From NCBI GenBank assembly GCA_963695365.1, contig OY968766.1:305744-369743 (forward strand): a DNA stretch of 64,000 nucleotides, read 5' to 3'. The stretch is from an uncultured bacterium. GTDB lineage: Bacteria; Babelota; Babeliae; Babelales; Babelaceae. Shown one piece after another: positions 62,794 through 64,000 of this stretch. Numbering within the stretch: position 1 is the first letter of the stretch; every line of letters starts with the position of its first letter. Both the position numbers and the translations under genes were made by a program. The notes beneath the pieces are model-generated. The model was not told where the DNA came from, searched no databases, and was given only the letters and a program-made list of their open reading frames with translations.

Positions 62794-64000
62794 ATGCTCT
62801 TTCAAAAGTTTATCCTTGTTCCTACACATCCCCTTTTCTGGTGCACCTGCGCTTTTATAGCAGGCGTAGCCTATGGGGGAAATGCGAAGATTCTACCCCC
62901 CCTACCCATCGCTTTCTCGATAATGCACGATTATATACGGCCGCTTTTTGCATGCTTACTTAGTATTGGTTTTGTTGCTTGCTGCATGCTACTTATTTTA
63001 AAACGATTCTCAGGCCACTTCTGGTTTACCGGCTGTGAGGCTGCTGCTGTTGATAGTTCTCACGATGCGTGGAGCTTATATGTTTCCGCTCAAAAGTATA
63101 TCATCGGGTGCAGTCTTCTTACTATATGCTTCTGCGGAGGTATCATTCGCAGCCGATCATACATCCACTATCACCAGTCTCTAAAAAGAGCCCTCTATTG
63201 CAAGCCGCTTGGTGTTGTTGCAAGAGTTATGAATATAGAAATAACCCGCAGCAAGGCTTTTAAGACACGTCTAGATCTGCAGCTTACCTCTTTTGTAACC
63301 GAGGGGGATCAAAAAAAGATCTCTGCGTGCCTACGTATTTTTCTTATCAAGCAACCGAAGCTTGCAATTGGCGATATAATACATATACACTCAGTTCGAT
63401 GTGATTCATCCATTCAACCGTCATATCAGCGAAATCTCTATAAAGAAGGATTTGTGAGCAGCTTATATAGGCCCTCTCTTAACTATAAGATTGTTAAACA
63501 TCCCCGTTGGTGCTTTTCTCGCTATAGGGCAGCATTACAAAAGAAGATGGCGCGAACATTTTCTCAAAAACTATCACCGAATGCGGCTGCACTTTTTTCT
63601 CCACTCTTTTTGGGCATACCTGCATCAGGACAAATGCAGGACATTCGTAAACTTCATAACCAGTGGGGGATTGTTCATTTTCTCGCCCGCTCAGGACTGC
63701 ATGTCATGCTTCTTGCGGCCTCATGGAATTATTTGCTAAGATGTATTCCTATTAATTATTTCATAAAACAGCTACTTCTGTTGTTGTTTGTCATTCTCTA
63801 TCATCTTCTAACTTTCCCCAGCATCTCTTTCTTACGAGCGTTGATTACTTTCGTTCTCTACAAGATCTGTGTTATTCAAAATGTGTCATATCAACCTTTG
63901 CATATACTCTCTCTTACCACATTGGGTGTATTGGTTGTAAATCCCCTTCAACTATTCTTTCTCGATTTTCAGTTGAGCTTTGGTCTTACCTTCGCATTAG
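62794..64000 (+). CDS. comEC: ComEC/Rec2 family DNA internalisation protein, N-terminal part (runs off the window)
   Basis: Hand translation from ATG 62794 is open to the window end. It shows TM segments, an OB-like DUF4131 stretch, and then the competence-domain signature GIVHFLARSGLHVMLL. Not in the ORF track because there is no stop in the window. Confidence 0.8.
   Translation, partial: MLFQKFILVPTHPLFWCTCAFIAGVAYGGNAKILPPLPIAFSIMHDYIRPLFACLLSIGFVACCMLLILKRFSGHFWFTGCEAAAVDSSHDAWSLYVSAQKYIIGCSLLTICFCGGIIRSRSYIHYHQSLKRALYCKPLGVVARVMNIEITRSKAFKTRLDLQLTSFVTEGDQKKISACLRIFLIKQPKLAIGDIIHIHSVRCDSSIQPSYQRNLYKEGFVSSLYRPSLNYKIVKHPRWCFSRYRAALQKKMARTFSQKLSPNAAALFSPLFLGIPASGQMQDIRKLHNQWGIVHFLARSGLHVMLLAASWNYLLRCIPINYFIKQLLLLLFVILYHLLTFPSISFLRALITFVLYKICVIQNVSYQPLHILSLTTLGVLVVNPLQLFFLDFQLSFGLTFAL

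Overview
This is 64 kb of a densely coding, visibly AT-rich bacterial chromosome. Housekeeping genes include comM, acpS, tRNA-fMet, murJ, lon, atpD/atpC, uvrC, clpB, tpiA, secG, mlaEF, tag, eno, an M16 peptidase and comEC. They are interleaved with accessory content typical of a host-associated diderm. My guess is a Dependentiae/TM6-like or similar intracellular lineage, which cannot be verified from this window. The accessory content includes signal-peptide-bearing WD40, ankyrin, Sel1 and LRR proteins, an AbiEi/AbiEii module followed by a decayed duplicate of its own insertion junction, and a truncated, frameshifted Fic pseudogene. The main observations are: (1) An 11.5-kb envelope cluster (38.5-50.0 kb) encodes GspC-like, GspL/PilMN-like and GspM/PilO-like proteins plus three tandem secretin paralogs, with no ATPase, platform or pilin gene in cis. 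(2) A family of very GC-rich mosaic intergenic repeats occurs at six loci, in both orientations. (3) Two secreted proteins are translationally coupled: Panacea (DUF4065)+Sel1 and ComEC-type MBL+LRR. (4) An isolated atpD plus short atpC pair is coupled to a HerA-like ATPase. (5) Three exact 50-bp iterons carrying a promoter sit upstream of an orphan AAA ATPase. Two long ORFs that run off the window edges (1-2390 minus, 62794-64000 plus) are missing from the supplied ORF track. Several track ORF starts were trimmed to internal ATGs with Shine-Dalgarno support. No rRNA, CRISPR array or intact transposase was seen. All family assignments come from motifs read by eye and need HMM or BLAST confirmation.
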